Source: Nitrososphaeria archaeon
Lineage (GTDB): Archaea > Thermoproteota > Nitrososphaeria > JACIWG01
NCBI GenBank assembly: GCA_050011875.1
Contig: JBEKIG010000016.1
Location: forward strand, 31,088 to 95,087
Direction of reading: 5' to 3'
Length of the DNA stretch: 64,000 bases
Under the pieces are notes generated by a model. The model worked only from the letters and a program-made list of their open reading frames with translations, had not been told where the DNA came from and did not search any database. Each line of letters opens with the position of its first letter. The stretch's first letter is position 1. Made by a program: the position numbers and the translations under genes. This document shows positions 1 through 10,402 of this stretch, piece after piece.

Positions 1-23
1 GTAAGACTATTCCGAGAGCTATT

Positions 24-797
24 GTGCTCGGAATTTTGATCGTGACTATTTTCTATTTGACAACAAATGTTGTGCTCTTCGGGGTAAGACCTTGGACTTT
101 GTTAGCTTCGGATACTGCACCTCTGGCTGTCGCGGCGAATATAGCATTGGGTTCCATTCCTGTGCTCGCGCTGGTCAGCGCTATCATTGTTGGTGGTGGA
201 GCTTTAGTTTCCGTTGCTGGTTCTGATGAGTCGGGGATGATCGGGACGTCAAGCCTTGGATACGCGCTGGCTGTCGATGGTTTGTTTCCCCGTGCTTTCG
301 CTAAGATTCATCCGAAATTTAAGACACCTTACTTGGGGATTATCATCCAAGCGGTCACCGCTTTAGTGGCGGCGATCATCGGCAACTTAGGATTGCTGAT
401 TACCACTTCCGTATTTTTAATGTCAATCGCCTATTTAGCAACTAGTGGATCGATCTTTTCTCTACGCAGAAAGGGTGTTAAGGCTCAGTTTCATATTCGA
501 GGCGGCTTGCTCATCCCGAGCTTAGGAATGATTTTTTCGGTCTTTCTAATTACACAGTGCACACCAATTCAGATCGCATTAGGCCTAGTCATGCTTTCTA
601 TAGGAGTGCCCATCTACATCAAATACAGTCCGAAGAAGGAGATCCCTGAACTTAAAGAGGAACTGCTCTCGCGTGAATCTAGACTAAGAAGGGCGGCAAG
701 TCAAGAAGAGAATTTTCTTGCTCACCTGTTGTGGCACATAAAGATATACTATAGAAGAACCAGAGGCAAAAAACAAACTGGCAAGCAGACCGAATAA
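24..797 (+). CDS. APC-family amino acid permease, C-terminal part (probably starts before the window)
   Basis: Multiple TM helices and the APC-type 'DGLFPRAFAKIHPKFKTPY' motif. Confidence 0.85.
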   Translation: MLGILIVTIFYLTTNVVLFGVRPWTLLASDTAPLAVAANIALGSIPVLALVSAIIVGGGALVSVAGSDESGMIGTSSLGYALAVDGLFPRAFAKIHPKFKTPYLGIIIQAVTALVAAIIGNLGLLITTSVFLMSIAYLATSGSIFSLRRKGVKAQFHIRGGLLIPSLGMIFSVFLITQCTPIQIALGLVMLSIGVPIYIKYSPKKEIPELKEELLSRESRLRRAASQEENFLAHLLWHIKIYYRRTRGKKQTGKQTE

Positions 798-918
798 CAG
801 AAATTACAAATATAACCGATACTCATATCCTTTTTCCACATTGAATCCTCTATCTCCAGGGCAGCCGTGTACACTGGAAAGAACTATCCAGTAGATAAAG
901 ATCTTAATGATTTGATAA

Positions 919-1083
919 GGTTCACATTGTAGAACGATAAGGAGAGATGATTTAAACCCAGAGATCAGAGACTCTTTAACATTTCACGTGCCTTTATTTC
1001 TGACCGTTCAAGATATAGATAAAAATAATATCATATCTTTTGAAATAGATCCTAGCACCTTTGATCATTGGACTACTCCGTGA
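919..1083 (+). pseudogene. Orphan C-terminal fragment of a paralog of ORF 8971..9696
   Basis: Manual translation GSHCRTIRRDDLNPEIRDSLTFHVPLFLTVQDIDKNNIISFEIDPSTFDHWTTP* matches the end of 8971..9696; in-frame TAA directly upstream and no start codon. Confidence 0.9.
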
Positions 1084-1253
1084 TAGTCGAATAAAGTCTT
1101 TTTAAGTTCATTAACCGTTAAAGATTGCATATCAAATATATGTTAATCTATATATTTTAGTATATATCCCTTAGTTGATCTCTAGCCTTTTCTGTTTGAG
1201 TTCTTTAAAGCGCTCTTCCACGTCCTGCTACTCTACTATAAACTCTAGAAAGA

Positions 1254-3080
1254 TCATTTATTGGATAAACTCCATCCTCTAAGCTTTAGGTATTCTGGTA
1301 AAGTTTCATTTAACTTCACAACTGCGTTGTCTGATTTCTTATTTGGTTCTTTTAACAACCTTTCTGGTAAAGTATCTTCTTCTATCGTAACACCATGTTT
1401 AATATTAAATTCTCTCTTTAGATTGTATATTCTTTCCCCAGCGAGTCGCCCGTCTTCAATTGTCAGATTTTGACCAGTGACAGCATTAAATGCACGAACA
1501 AACCTGTTCAAAGCACCATATCTAGAGGAACACATAAGACACCAGCCTGCTGATGCTAAGAAAGCATACCAATCTTCTATCATCTTTGCTATGAAAGCCT
1601 TCTTCTCAGTCACATATCGGGTACCATAATCACCTTCTATTCCAATTTCCGGAAATCTTTGGCCAAAGCCTTCCACGAAAAGAGAAATGCCTTCCATATG
1701 ATCTGCACCAACTGGGCAGCATGCGTAATGTGGGCCGCCTCCTTGAAAGGTTCTGGGATCATGCGCTGGAAACTCCATACCTTTGGCATGGATCGAATAT
1801 CTTCCAGCTCCTTTTCCTATAATTAGACCTGCTCTCCTTGAGCCTTCTGCAAGTAAATTACCAATTCCTTCCCTCTTACTAATCTTTTGTATTAGAGCTA
1901 TCCCAGCATCGGCATTACCAAACTTTAATTCGATGCCTTCCGTATCCTCTTTGCTAAGTATTCCCCTTTCGTAGCATTCCATGGCAAAACCAATTGTTCC
2001 ACCCGTTGAAATAGTGTCTAAACCTAGTTTATTGCACATGTCATTCATTAGATTGACAGCAAATATATCGTCGATGCCTAGGTTTGAGCCGAGCATCGAT
2101 AAAGACTCATATTCAACGCCCTCAACTTCTCCTTCTTCTAGTATGTATTTTCCTTCCCCCTTTTTTGAAACACGCCGACAAGCTATTGCGCACATGTAAC
2201 ATGTATTGGTCTTAGCCAGTATCTTCTCGTAGCCTCCAGGATATGCAAGCTTCTTAGTTCTTTCTTCATCGAATTCACCAAATTGTTCATTCGCATAATT
2301 GTACGTAGGACTATCACCAATACCCATATTAGCTTCGTAACCACCCATCGTACCCGCTTCATGAAACCTCTTCACACCAGGAGATGTGCGGTAATTCTCA
2401 AGGACTTCACGCATTACTTCATTCAACGCGTTAGGATTAGCTACGGAGATTTCTCTGCTTCCTCGCACAGCAACCGCCTTCAAGTTCTTATAACCCATAA
2501 CAGCACCAACACCGCATCGACCAGCAGCACGTCCAGCATCATCATGCATTATGCATGCATATCTAACCAAATTTTCTCCAGCCGGACCTATACATGATAC
2601 CTGAACCCTTCTATCCCCCATATCCTTGCGGATGGCTCTCTCGCATTCCCTTGTATCCATGCCCCAATAAGGTGAGGCATCAATAAACCTGACATCACCA
2701 TCTACAACGGAAACCAGAACAGGTTCCGTACTTCTACCAACAAAGATAAGCATGTCATAACCTGCACGCTTCTGTTCTACGCCAAAATATCCTCCAACAC
2801 TGCTGTCACCAAAGCAGCCAGTTAAGGGTGATTTTGTGACAACAGAATGTCTTCCAGCAGTCTGTGTATTAGTTCCAGTTACTGGTCCTGTGGCAAAAAT
2901 CAATAGATTAACTGGATCGTAAGCAGATGCCCAAGGAGGAACTTCATCAAACAGGACCTTTCCTGCGATTCCGATAGAACCGATATATTTTTCTGCCAGC
3001 TCTTTGTCCAAATCTTCAACCTTAAAATTTTTTGTAGATAGATTGATTCGCGCGATCTTACCTGTATATCCGTACCACAT
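1254..3080 (-). CDS. aor: Aldehyde:ferredoxin oxidoreductase family (W/Mo-pterin)
   Basis: 'GYTGKIARINLS', 'KSPLTG', 'CIGPAGEN', 'RAAGRCGVGAVMGYKNLKA', CxxCxxxC and 'DTISTG' motifs. Confidence 0.93.
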   Translation of the reverse strand: MWYGYTGKIARINLSTKNFKVEDLDKELAEKYIGSIGIAGKVLFDEVPPWASAYDPVNLLIFATGPVTGTNTQTAGRHSVVTKSPLTGCFGDSSVGGYFGVEQKRAGYDMLIFVGRSTEPVLVSVVDGDVRFIDASPYWGMDTRECERAIRKDMGDRRVQVSCIGPAGENLVRYACIMHDDAGRAAGRCGVGAVMGYKNLKAVAVRGSREISVANPNALNEVMREVLENYRTSPGVKRFHEAGTMGGYEANMGIGDSPTYNYANEQFGEFDEERTKKLAYPGGYEKILAKTNTCYMCAIACRRVSKKGEGKYILEEGEVEGVEYESLSMLGSNLGIDDIFAVNLMNDMCNKLGLDTISTGGTIGFAMECYERGILSKEDTEGIELKFGNADAGIALIQKISKREGIGNLLAEGSRRAGLIIGKGAGRYSIHAKGMEFPAHDPRTFQGGGPHYACCPVGADHMEGISLFVEGFGQRFPEIGIEGDYGTRYVTEKKAFIAKMIEDWYAFLASAGWCLMCSSRYGALNRFVRAFNAVTGQNLTIEDGRLAGERIYNLKREFNIKHGVTIEEDTLPERLLKEPNKKSDNAVVKLNETLPEYLKLRGWSLSNK

Positions 3081-3303
3081 ACTCGAAAAACCCCTTTCTA
3101 GAAAATATAAAGGTTACGAAAGTATTCTTTTCTTTAACTCCTTTAACTAAATAGCCTGTCAAGTGAACAAATATTAAAAAACCTAATTTATTTGAAGATA
3201 AATAATTCAGAGAATAGGCCATGTAAATTAAAGCACCTCCAATTTATTTGCAATAGATCATGTAAGGTTTAAATATAAGGTCATCGTATTTACAACGATA
3301 TTA

Positions 3304-3684
3304 TTGTCACAAGACGATAAAGTATTAGAAGAACTTCAAAAGATACGTCAACTGCTTGAACCAAAACCCACCCCACCTGCTCCTAAGGGCATGTGGAAAG
3401 AATTCATGGACTTTATATCAAAATATAAGGTGATGGGTCTTGCTGTTGCTTTCATCATCGGCCTTTACTTAGGTGGTGTAGTGCTGGCACTAGTCAAAGA
3501 TTTGATAATGCCACTAATAGGTCTTGCAATACCTGGTCTTGGGAACCTTGCAACCTACGTTGTCACGTTATCTAAACAGAACTTCGGCATAGGGGACTTT
3601 CTAGTGGCCGTGATAACCTTCATCATCGTGGCATTAGTGATCTTCCTGATCGTGAAGATCACCAAGAAATGGGGCATTGAATAG
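3304..3684 (+). CDS. mscL: Large-conductance mechanosensitive channel
   Basis: 'EFMDFISKYKVMGLAVAFIIG...LVKDLIMPLI...GDFLVAVITFII'. Confidence 0.9.
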   Translation: MSQDDKVLEELQKIRQLLEPKPTPPAPKGMWKEFMDFISKYKVMGLAVAFIIGLYLGGVVLALVKDLIMPLIGLAIPGLGNLATYVVTLSKQNFGIGDFLVAVITFIIVALVIFLIVKITKKWGIE

Positions 3685-3985
3685 TCATCTCTTACCATAC
3701 TTTTTTTGATTTGCCCATCACATAGCGCGTGCTATAATTAATCAAGATTGGGATTTTGAACGACAGCAATAATCCCCTATAATTAAGTGGCGTGTAAATG
3801 GGTAAGAAATGAATCATTAAATTTTTTCGAAAGTCGCACTTTAAGGAAAATTATCAAGAGAACTATTGAGGGGGGAGAAGGCGATTCTTGCCATTAACCC
3901 ATGCACAATAGATGCATAAAAACCCCATTGAAGGAAGCTTAGCTTCCGCAAACAAGTTCTAGCTAACCAACGACGATTACGTCCT

Positions 3986-4243
3986 TTACCATACCTCGAC
4001 AATCCGCCATCCGACGTACACGGCGAACGTTACAACAGCAATCCACAGAATCAAGTCGCCAGTAAGATTGAGCCAGCCAACGTTGAAGGGTGAACCAGGG
4101 TAAACTACCACATACAGCCAAGGGAGAGGCCAGCCATACCACGACGCGCCCACAATACCCTGCGGCGTAGTTTTAACTAGACCCGTGAGTAAAGTGATTA
4201 TTGCACCACAGACAGCCACAATTGAGAATAGTTTCATGATCAT
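3986..4243 (-). CDS. Small two-TM hypothetical membrane protein
   Basis: Two hydrophobic segments around 'YGWPLPWL'. Confidence 0.65.
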   Translation of the reverse strand: MIMKLFSIVAVCGAIITLLTGLVKTTPQGIVGASWYGWPLPWLYVVVYPGSPFNVGWLNLTGDLILWIAVVTFAVYVGWRIVEVW

Positions 4244-4431
4244 ATTTATGGGATATACGCATCTTCTATATTACTTATCGGTTTTGGTGTTGGCCTTTAC
4301 AAGGTGATCTCCAAATTTGTTCCATCGTTACCTGCAAAAGATGAAATAAGAAGCTCTAATCTTTAGTGGAGGTACAACTTAATGTTAGGGCTATATTTTC
4401 TACAACATGTTATTAATGGGAGGTGAAAAGA

Positions 4432-4509
4432 ATGGAAGAAATATTTGAATTCATAGCCTCTAATCCAGCAACAATACTTATAGCAGTTGGTTGGAAGACC
4501 TTGGGATGA
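4432..4509 (+). CDS. 25-aa ORF (MEEIFEFIASNPATILIAVGWKTLG), upstream ORF or truncated gene
   Basis: SD GGAGGTGA at 4419-4426; its TGA overlaps ATG 4506 of pus10. Confidence 0.4.
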   Translation: MEEIFEFIASNPATILIAVGWKTLG

Positions 4510-5903
4510 ATAATAATACAGCCGGATCAAAAAATATAAGAGCCCTATTAAGCGCGATAAGAAATATGTCTACAGACGCGGATTCAATAAATGGACAGGA
4601 AAAAAACGAAGATAGATTAAAAGGTGAAGGACTGTTGCTTGGTAAAAGGGATTATGACATATTACAGATTGCGATTGACGCCCTAAATCAGGGTTACATG
4701 TGCGATAGATGTTTGGGAAGGCTGTTTGCAAAATTATTGCATGGTCTTTCAAATGAGCAGAGGGGGAAAATAGTTAGAGATGCTCTCGCACTCGTAATCG
4801 AATCAGGTTGCGAACCTGACCTTTACAATGGCAACTTCCAATCAATAATTATGGAAAGCACTAGTGCTTGCACTTTTTGCCTTGATATCTTTAAAGAACT
4901 GATACCGTCTTTAACTTTAGAAGCTATGGCAAAAAGCAGAAGTTATGAATTCACAAGCTTTCTAGTGGGCACCAGATTAAACAGTGAATTATTTAAAAAA
5001 GATATACAACTAAATCAGATCTCTCCAGATTATTCAGAATCCATAAAAGAAGAAGTAAATCGTACAATCGGTAAGCGAATAGAATTGGTATATCAGAAAC
5101 AAGTTGAACACAAGGAACCGGACCTCTTCTTTCTTGCGGACCTGCAAAAAAATATTGTCTCCGTCGAATCCAAGAACGTCTACATCTACGGAGGATACAA
5201 GAAGCTCGCGAGGGGAATACCTCAGACAACTTGGAATTGTAAGGTGTGTAACGGCAGAGGTTGCAAGAAATGTAAATGGACAGGAAGATTTTATAGAACT
5301 TCTGTGCAACATATAATTGAGAAACCTATACTTGATCAACTTTCTAGTGCCCAAAGTAGCTTCCATGGTGCAGGTCGCGAAGATGTAGATGTCAGATGTT
5401 TAGATTATAGACAGTTCATCATCGAGATCTTTAATCCAAAGAAGAGAACAGTTGACCTAGAGAGGCTTTATAGAGAGATCAACAAATCAAAAAGCGTTCA
5501 AGTTAGTAAATTAAAGCTTGCTTCAAAGGGAGACATAGCCTCCCTCAAGGAGGAAAGATGTGATAAAACATATCATGCTGTAGCAACCTTTGTTAAAGAT
5601 GTTGGCGAAAGTGATTTATTGAAGGTGTTTTCCCTTAAAGGGACTTTAATCAGACAGAAGACCCCCCTTAGAGTAGTCAATCGAAGAGCGGATATAGTAA
5701 GGGAGAGAAAAATTAGGGACATCGAGGCAAAAAAGCTGAGCGCACGAAAGGTCGACCTTCTAATAGAATGTGAAGCCGGAACATACGTTAAGGAACTCAT
5801 CAGCGGAGACAAAGGTAGAACAAGGCCAAGTATATCTGAAGTTTTGGACAATGATGTTAAGAAGATCGTATTAGACGTTGTAAAGATAGGAGGAGGAATT
5901 TAA
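4506..5903 (+). CDS. pus10: tRNA pseudouridine(54/55) synthase Pus10
   Basis: 'CDRCLGR', 'GYKKLARGIPQT', catalytic 'FHGAGREDVDVR', 'QKTPLRV', 'AGTYVKELISGD'; start codon uncertain. Confidence 0.93.
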   Translation: MNNNTAGSKNIRALLSAIRNMSTDADSINGQEKNEDRLKGEGLLLGKRDYDILQIAIDALNQGYMCDRCLGRLFAKLLHGLSNEQRGKIVRDALALVIESGCEPDLYNGNFQSIIMESTSACTFCLDIFKELIPSLTLEAMAKSRSYEFTSFLVGTRLNSELFKKDIQLNQISPDYSESIKEEVNRTIGKRIELVYQKQVEHKEPDLFFLADLQKNIVSVESKNVYIYGGYKKLARGIPQTTWNCKVCNGRGCKKCKWTGRFYRTSVQHIIEKPILDQLSSAQSSFHGAGREDVDVRCLDYRQFIIEIFNPKKRTVDLERLYREINKSKSVQVSKLKLASKGDIASLKEERCDKTYHAVATFVKDVGESDLLKVFSLKGTLIRQKTPLRVVNRRADIVRERKIRDIEAKKLSARKVDLLIECEAGTYVKELISGDKGRTRPSISEVLDNDVKKIVLDVVKIGGGI

Positions 5904-5983
5904 GGACGTTCCATTTTTCCCATTTATTGGTTCAGATTTTTAAAATTATCACCGTCAACTTTTTGATGATCTTACCTAAATCG

Positions 5984-6940
5984 TTATGATCTTGGAACAA
6001 GTGTAGCTCTTGAAACTTCAGAATTTAAGGCGCGGACAAAATCGTAAAACTTATCAAACGGTACTTGGGCGCCAGCCGCTTTAGCATGCCCGCCACCTAA
6101 TCCTCCGAAAGTTGGCACAATTTTATTAAGGATGTAATCAAGGTCTACGTTAGAAGTAGTTCTCAAGCTCATTTCTACTAAACCTTGTCTAATTTCACCA
6201 GCTACCCCCACAACCGCTTTTGCGTAAGCTCTTGCGTAGACCGCTGCTTTTCCGAGAGGGCCATCGGGTTGCAAGACGTAACCGATGTTTCCAACTATTG
6301 TGACGTTCTTCATGATTAAGTTCCTCATTTCTTCTTCCCTTCTGAAGGCGATAATAGCATGCTCTAGCAAGGAATCTATCCCTGAAGGGGGAACATTATT
6401 TGAAAGTTCCTGTAATATTCTAATCTTTATGTCGTCATTCCGAACAATATCTTCTAATGCTTGAACTAGGACGCCTGTTTGAAAATATAAAGTTCTTTTG
6501 TCCCAATTTTCAAGCAGAGACCCTATTACCACAGTGTTATCTAGATAATCGCCTATGGCGCCATATACCGCAACCCGACTCATATCTACTGATAATGTCT
6601 TTGCAAAAAAGACATATGTGAGTTCGGAAGCGCACTGATCCTCACTTTTTATTAAGGTCAAATTACGATTAAATTTGCTTTCGATATTTTGCGGCAGAGG
6701 ATGATGGTCGATGTATATGATGTGAGATGAGAAACTATTAAGAGTTTGGATAATTTCATTGAAAGTTGATTTGTTGATTGCTATATCGCAGATTATCAAG
6801 TCTTCGTCTTTAGATATGCTATTGAGAGTTGTGGAAAGTTTGACAGGATTGCTGAAAACGACTCTTGCACCCTTATTTGAGTAAAGGGCTATTGCGCCTG
6901 CACATATCCCATCGCAATCGCCATGTGTTATAATGTGCAC
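5984..6940 (-). CDS. DHH/DHHA1 family phosphoesterase (NrnA/RecJ-like)
   Basis: 'HGDCDG', 'DIA', 'IDHH' and 'GGGHAKAAG' motifs; GTG 6940 chosen as start to avoid overlap with the integrase. Confidence 0.88.
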   Translation of the reverse strand: MHIITHGDCDGICAGAIALYSNKGARVVFSNPVKLSTTLNSISKDEDLIICDIAINKSTFNEIIQTLNSFSSHIIYIDHHPLPQNIESKFNRNLTLIKSEDQCASELTYVFFAKTLSVDMSRVAVYGAIGDYLDNTVVIGSLLENWDKRTLYFQTGVLVQALEDIVRNDDIKIRILQELSNNVPPSGIDSLLEHAIIAFRREEEMRNLIMKNVTIVGNIGYVLQPDGPLGKAAVYARAYAKAVVGVAGEIRQGLVEMSLRTTSNVDLDYILNKIVPTFGGLGGGHAKAAGAQVPFDKFYDFVRALNSEVSRATLVPRS

Positions 6941-6986
6941 AATATCACACAAAACTATAAATAAATCGGTTATATAAGTCTTGTCT

Positions 6987-8117
6987 ATGGATAGAATAGG
7001 AAAGTTCCTAGAATTATACAGCTCCAAATATACTAGAAGCTCTTATCAGCTAAGTCTAAAACATTTCTTTAACTTCATATATCAAGAAGGAAATCTATCT
7101 TTAAACGATCAAGGAGAAAAATACTTCACAGAGAAAAGAAACTATGAGGAAGATATAGAAAAATTCTCCCAGAGCATAAACAGTAAACCACCTAAAACAA
7201 TTAGATTAATGCTTTCCACCGTCAAAACATTCTTCATAGAAAACGATATAGAGCTATCAGATAAGTTTTGGAAGAGGACAAGGAGAAGAATAAAGGGGTC
7301 GAGAGCTTTAACGCTTGACAAGGTCCCTTCCAACGAAGAGCTTAAGAAAATATTATCACACATGAGCATAGAGGGGAAAGCATTATTCCTAGTCCTATCA
7401 AGTTCTGGGATGAGAATAGGGGAGTCTCTCAAGCTTAAGCTTTCAGACCTAGAAGATGGCACACCATATAAGGTTAAGATAAGAGGGGAATACACGAAGT
7501 CGGGAAACTCAAGGATAACCTTTATTTCAAAAGAATCCGTGCTATTCTTAAACGAATGGCTGAAGGTAAGGCAAAACCATTTAAATTCTGAGAATGGTAA
7601 GACAAGACTACACGCCTCAAAAGAAGACGAAAGGATATTCCCTTATCGTGTTCAAACAGCATACTACATGTGGAGAAACGCTTTAACACAGTCGGGGTAT
7701 ATGAAGAGAGATAGTTCAACTAATAGGATGACTATACATCCACACGTTCTAAGAAAGTTCTATCGGACAAGACTAGGATCCATTATACCCGTTGACATAG
7801 TTGAAACTCTTATGGGGCATGAAGGATATTTGACTGAAGTATATCGCAAATATCAAGATGACCCTGACGCTCTGGGAAAGTTCTATATGCAAGGAGAACA
7901 CACTTTAACCGTTTTTGGTTCTGGAGAAGATGTTAACAAACTGAGAGAAGAAATAAGCGAAAAGAATAAGGAACTCCAAACCCTAGTTAATTCTCTAGCT
8001 ACTGAAAATATTAGTTTAAGAAATAGATTAGAAGTAGTGGAAAAGGAGATTTCTAAGATTTCAGAAATAGAGAAGATAGTTAAAGAACTTCAACAGAAAA
8101 GGCTAGAGGTCAACTAA
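6987..8117 (+). CDS. Tyrosine recombinase/integrase with C-terminal coiled coil
   Basis: 'SSGMRIGE', 'TKSG', 'HVLRKF', 'LMGH' and 'Y' give the R-K-H-R-H-Y catalytic set. Confidence 0.93.
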   Translation: MDRIGKFLELYSSKYTRSSYQLSLKHFFNFIYQEGNLSLNDQGEKYFTEKRNYEEDIEKFSQSINSKPPKTIRLMLSTVKTFFIENDIELSDKFWKRTRRRIKGSRALTLDKVPSNEELKKILSHMSIEGKALFLVLSSSGMRIGESLKLKLSDLEDGTPYKVKIRGEYTKSGNSRITFISKESVLFLNEWLKVRQNHLNSENGKTRLHASKEDERIFPYRVQTAYYMWRNALTQSGYMKRDSSTNRMTIHPHVLRKFYRTRLGSIIPVDIVETLMGHEGYLTEVYRKYQDDPDALGKFYMQGEHTLTVFGSGEDVNKLREEISEKNKELQTLVNSLATENISLRNRLEVVEKEISKISEIEKIVKELQQKRLEVN

Positions 8118-8276
8118 TTATAAAAAATAGTATATCCGAATCTGACAACAGCCCCTATTTACTAAATTCTCTATTTCTTCTTTTAATTTTAGCAGAGCGT
8201 CGTCTAAGACATGAGATTTACTAGGAAACCTTTTTATTGTGTTGTGAATATTTAATCTAAGAAATGATAGTAAAAG

Positions 8277-8969
8277 ATGGCTGATATATATTCTATTTTT
8301 GCAGGAGCATTATTAGGTTTAGCTTCCTCATTAGTCGGTATAATATTTTACCATCTTTTATCTGAAGAAGAGGAAAATGAAAGACGCTTACTTCGAGATT
8401 GGCAAGATACGGTAGATAAAGTCTATTCCCCAATAGCTTTTACGTTATATGAAATAAGAGATAATTTTGTTATAAGATTTCATGACCTTGATATATCAAA
8501 ACCTCCAACGGAAGTTGAAAAAGAAAATTGTCTACTTTTGTTAAATCATATCAAAGAAGGCATGCAATACACGGAAAAACTTGCAGATATTCTTAGAAGT
8601 GGATTATATATTATTAAACCATTTACTTTAAGGATTGATTTGTTACAACTATATTCGTATATCGAAATGCTCAAATCAGATATGTTAGTGATTCCATTAT
8701 ATTCGTCACTAGCTGGAAATATCAAGAATATTTCAGAGCTAGCAAAGGAACTAGATGAATTTGATATTGCATTATTAGAAAGTGTTATGCAAATAGGTAA
8801 AATGCTTGAGAAACCAATAAACGATATATATTCCCAAGTTACATTTTTGGGAACTCTGCGAGAACGAAAACCAGCAAAACTATTGTACAATAAAGTATTT
8901 AACGATGAACTCGTTTCTGATATAAATAAAATAGCTAGAAAAAGTTTCAATCCTTCACTTGATAATTGA
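8277..8969 (+). CDS. Hypothetical protein, N-terminal TM helix plus helical domain
   Basis: 230-aa ORF with hydrophobic N-terminus; AT-rich cargo. Confidence 0.7.
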   Translation: MADIYSIFAGALLGLASSLVGIIFYHLLSEEEENERRLLRDWQDTVDKVYSPIAFTLYEIRDNFVIRFHDLDISKPPTEVEKENCLLLLNHIKEGMQYTEKLADILRSGLYIIKPFTLRIDLLQLYSYIEMLKSDMLVIPLYSSLAGNIKNISELAKELDEFDIALLESVMQIGKMLEKPINDIYSQVTFLGTLRERKPAKLLYNKVFNDELVSDINKIARKSFNPSLDN

Positions 8970-8970
8970 T

Positions 8971-9696
8971 TTAGAATAGACTCGCTAATTCTGGCGGTGT
9001 AGTCCAATGGTCGAAAGTGCTAGGGTCTATTTCAAAAGAAATGATCTTACTTTTATCAAGTATATTCTGAACGGTTAGGAATAGAGGCACATGATAGGTT
9101 AATGCGTCCCTTATCTCTGGCCCTAGATCTTCTCTTTTAATTGTTCTACAATGTGATCCTGACCTTCTTTGTTTGTCTAATTTGAAGGCTTTAAAACTCT
9201 CTACTTTCAAAAGTTTATCCTTCATGTCATATATTAGAAGATCGCTTTTATCATGCACATAACCAGCTATCACCTTATAGCCTAGACTCTCCCAGAGTTT
9301 AACTCTCTCATTCTGCAAAGAAATACCATCTTGATAAAGTTCTTCTCCATTAGGCTTTCTGGCTTCTTTTTCAATTATTATAGCCTCATTCTCGTACTCA
9401 TCTGGGAAAAGGTTTTGGTGAACAGATAAACATTCTTCTTGAGATAAAATCATCTGGCCTACATCTTCACCATTCTGGCCAATAAAAACCAGTAGACCTT
9501 TACTCATGTCTGGCTCATGGAATAAAGTGTAAGTTGAAGCATGAAATTCTATAATTTTAGGAATAATCTTTTCAACCATAAACTTATTAAAATCAAATTT
9601 AGCTATCTCCATAAATACAGAGTGCAACCATGCACTTATAAGCATAGTGTTGGCTAAACAATGAGGATACAACACTAACATAATCCAAAAGCACAC
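8971..9696 (-). CDS. Putative PD-(D/E)XK (Hjc-like) nuclease-fold protein; true start probably downstream of 9696
   Basis: 'E..KLWESLGYKV......KSDLLI........VESFK' pattern; conserved second copy at 919-1083. Confidence 0.55.
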   Translation of the reverse strand: MCFWIMLVLYPHCLANTMLISAWLHSVFMEIAKFDFNKFMVEKIIPKIIEFHASTYTLFHEPDMSKGLLVFIGQNGEDVGQMILSQEECLSVHQNLFPDEYENEAIIIEKEARKPNGEELYQDGISLQNERVKLWESLGYKVIAGYVHDKSDLLIYDMKDKLLKVESFKAFKLDKQRRSGSHCRTIKREDLGPEIRDALTYHVPLFLTVQNILDKSKIISFEIDPSTFDHWTTPPELASLF

Positions 9697-9981
9697 TTAT
9701 CTGCAGTTGTGGGGGTTGGGTGGCGTGCGTGTGTGGGGAAGTTGAGGGTTCATAGGGGAAAGAGTGTCGAAGATACAATGGTTTAAGCTTGTTATATCAT
9801 GGTGTCCTGGGCCTAGATCTATATGTTTGCTTTATGCTTGTTTCTGTCAAGTCACAGTCTAAATGTTTAATTCAAATATAGAATATATGAAGTAATATCA
9901 TATCTGATAAGTGTGCTGGTAGGGTTGGAAATTTCACTTTTTTGACGTTTTATCTTTTGCTTTTAGTCTATCTGATAGCGC

Positions 9982-10402
9982 TTATTCTATTAAGATAAGG
10001 CTGTAATAGTTGCCTTCACATGTTTTATCTTTGACTACCTTGATCGGGAATCCATTAGCTCTAGCTGTCTCATACACGTCTATGCCTGCAGCTTCCATAG
10101 CCATCCAGAAATATTTCACGTTCGAGTGTTGGCACGATTTTCTTGGTAACTTCCTCGCTTTTACTATGCATCAATAACGCGTACTTGTAATCGTTTATCG
10201 CCTCTTGTGTCTCATTTGGTTTTGGGGAGTATGGTGGGCAACATAGATAACTGCCATAACTGCTGCATCCGTATTGGCATCTCAAGCGGGTCCACGCTGC
10301 CGTCTTTATAGTGGAAGCCTTTACGATTTTCGCATCATATGCTCCTAATTCTTTGGAGCGATCGACGAACTTTACAAGTTGCCCTCTCCCAGAGTCTTTC
10401 AT
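9982..10402 (-). pseudogene. DUF2284-type metal-binding protein with internal deletion and frameshift
   Basis: 'RLRCQYGC..YG..LCCPPYSP' N-half; 'MEAAGIDVYETARANGFPIKVV...YYSLILIE*' continues in another frame. Confidence 0.8.

Noticed and set aside
1122-1149. dif-like site AGATTGCATAT-CAAAT-ATATGTTAATCT
   Set aside because: Spacer is one base short of the 11-6-11 layout and the arms are imperfect in an AT-rich background
6941-7027. N-terminal extension of the DHH ORF overlapping the integrase
   Set aside because: The DHH domain starts at 'VHIITHGDCDG'; the extension spans promoter-like DNA
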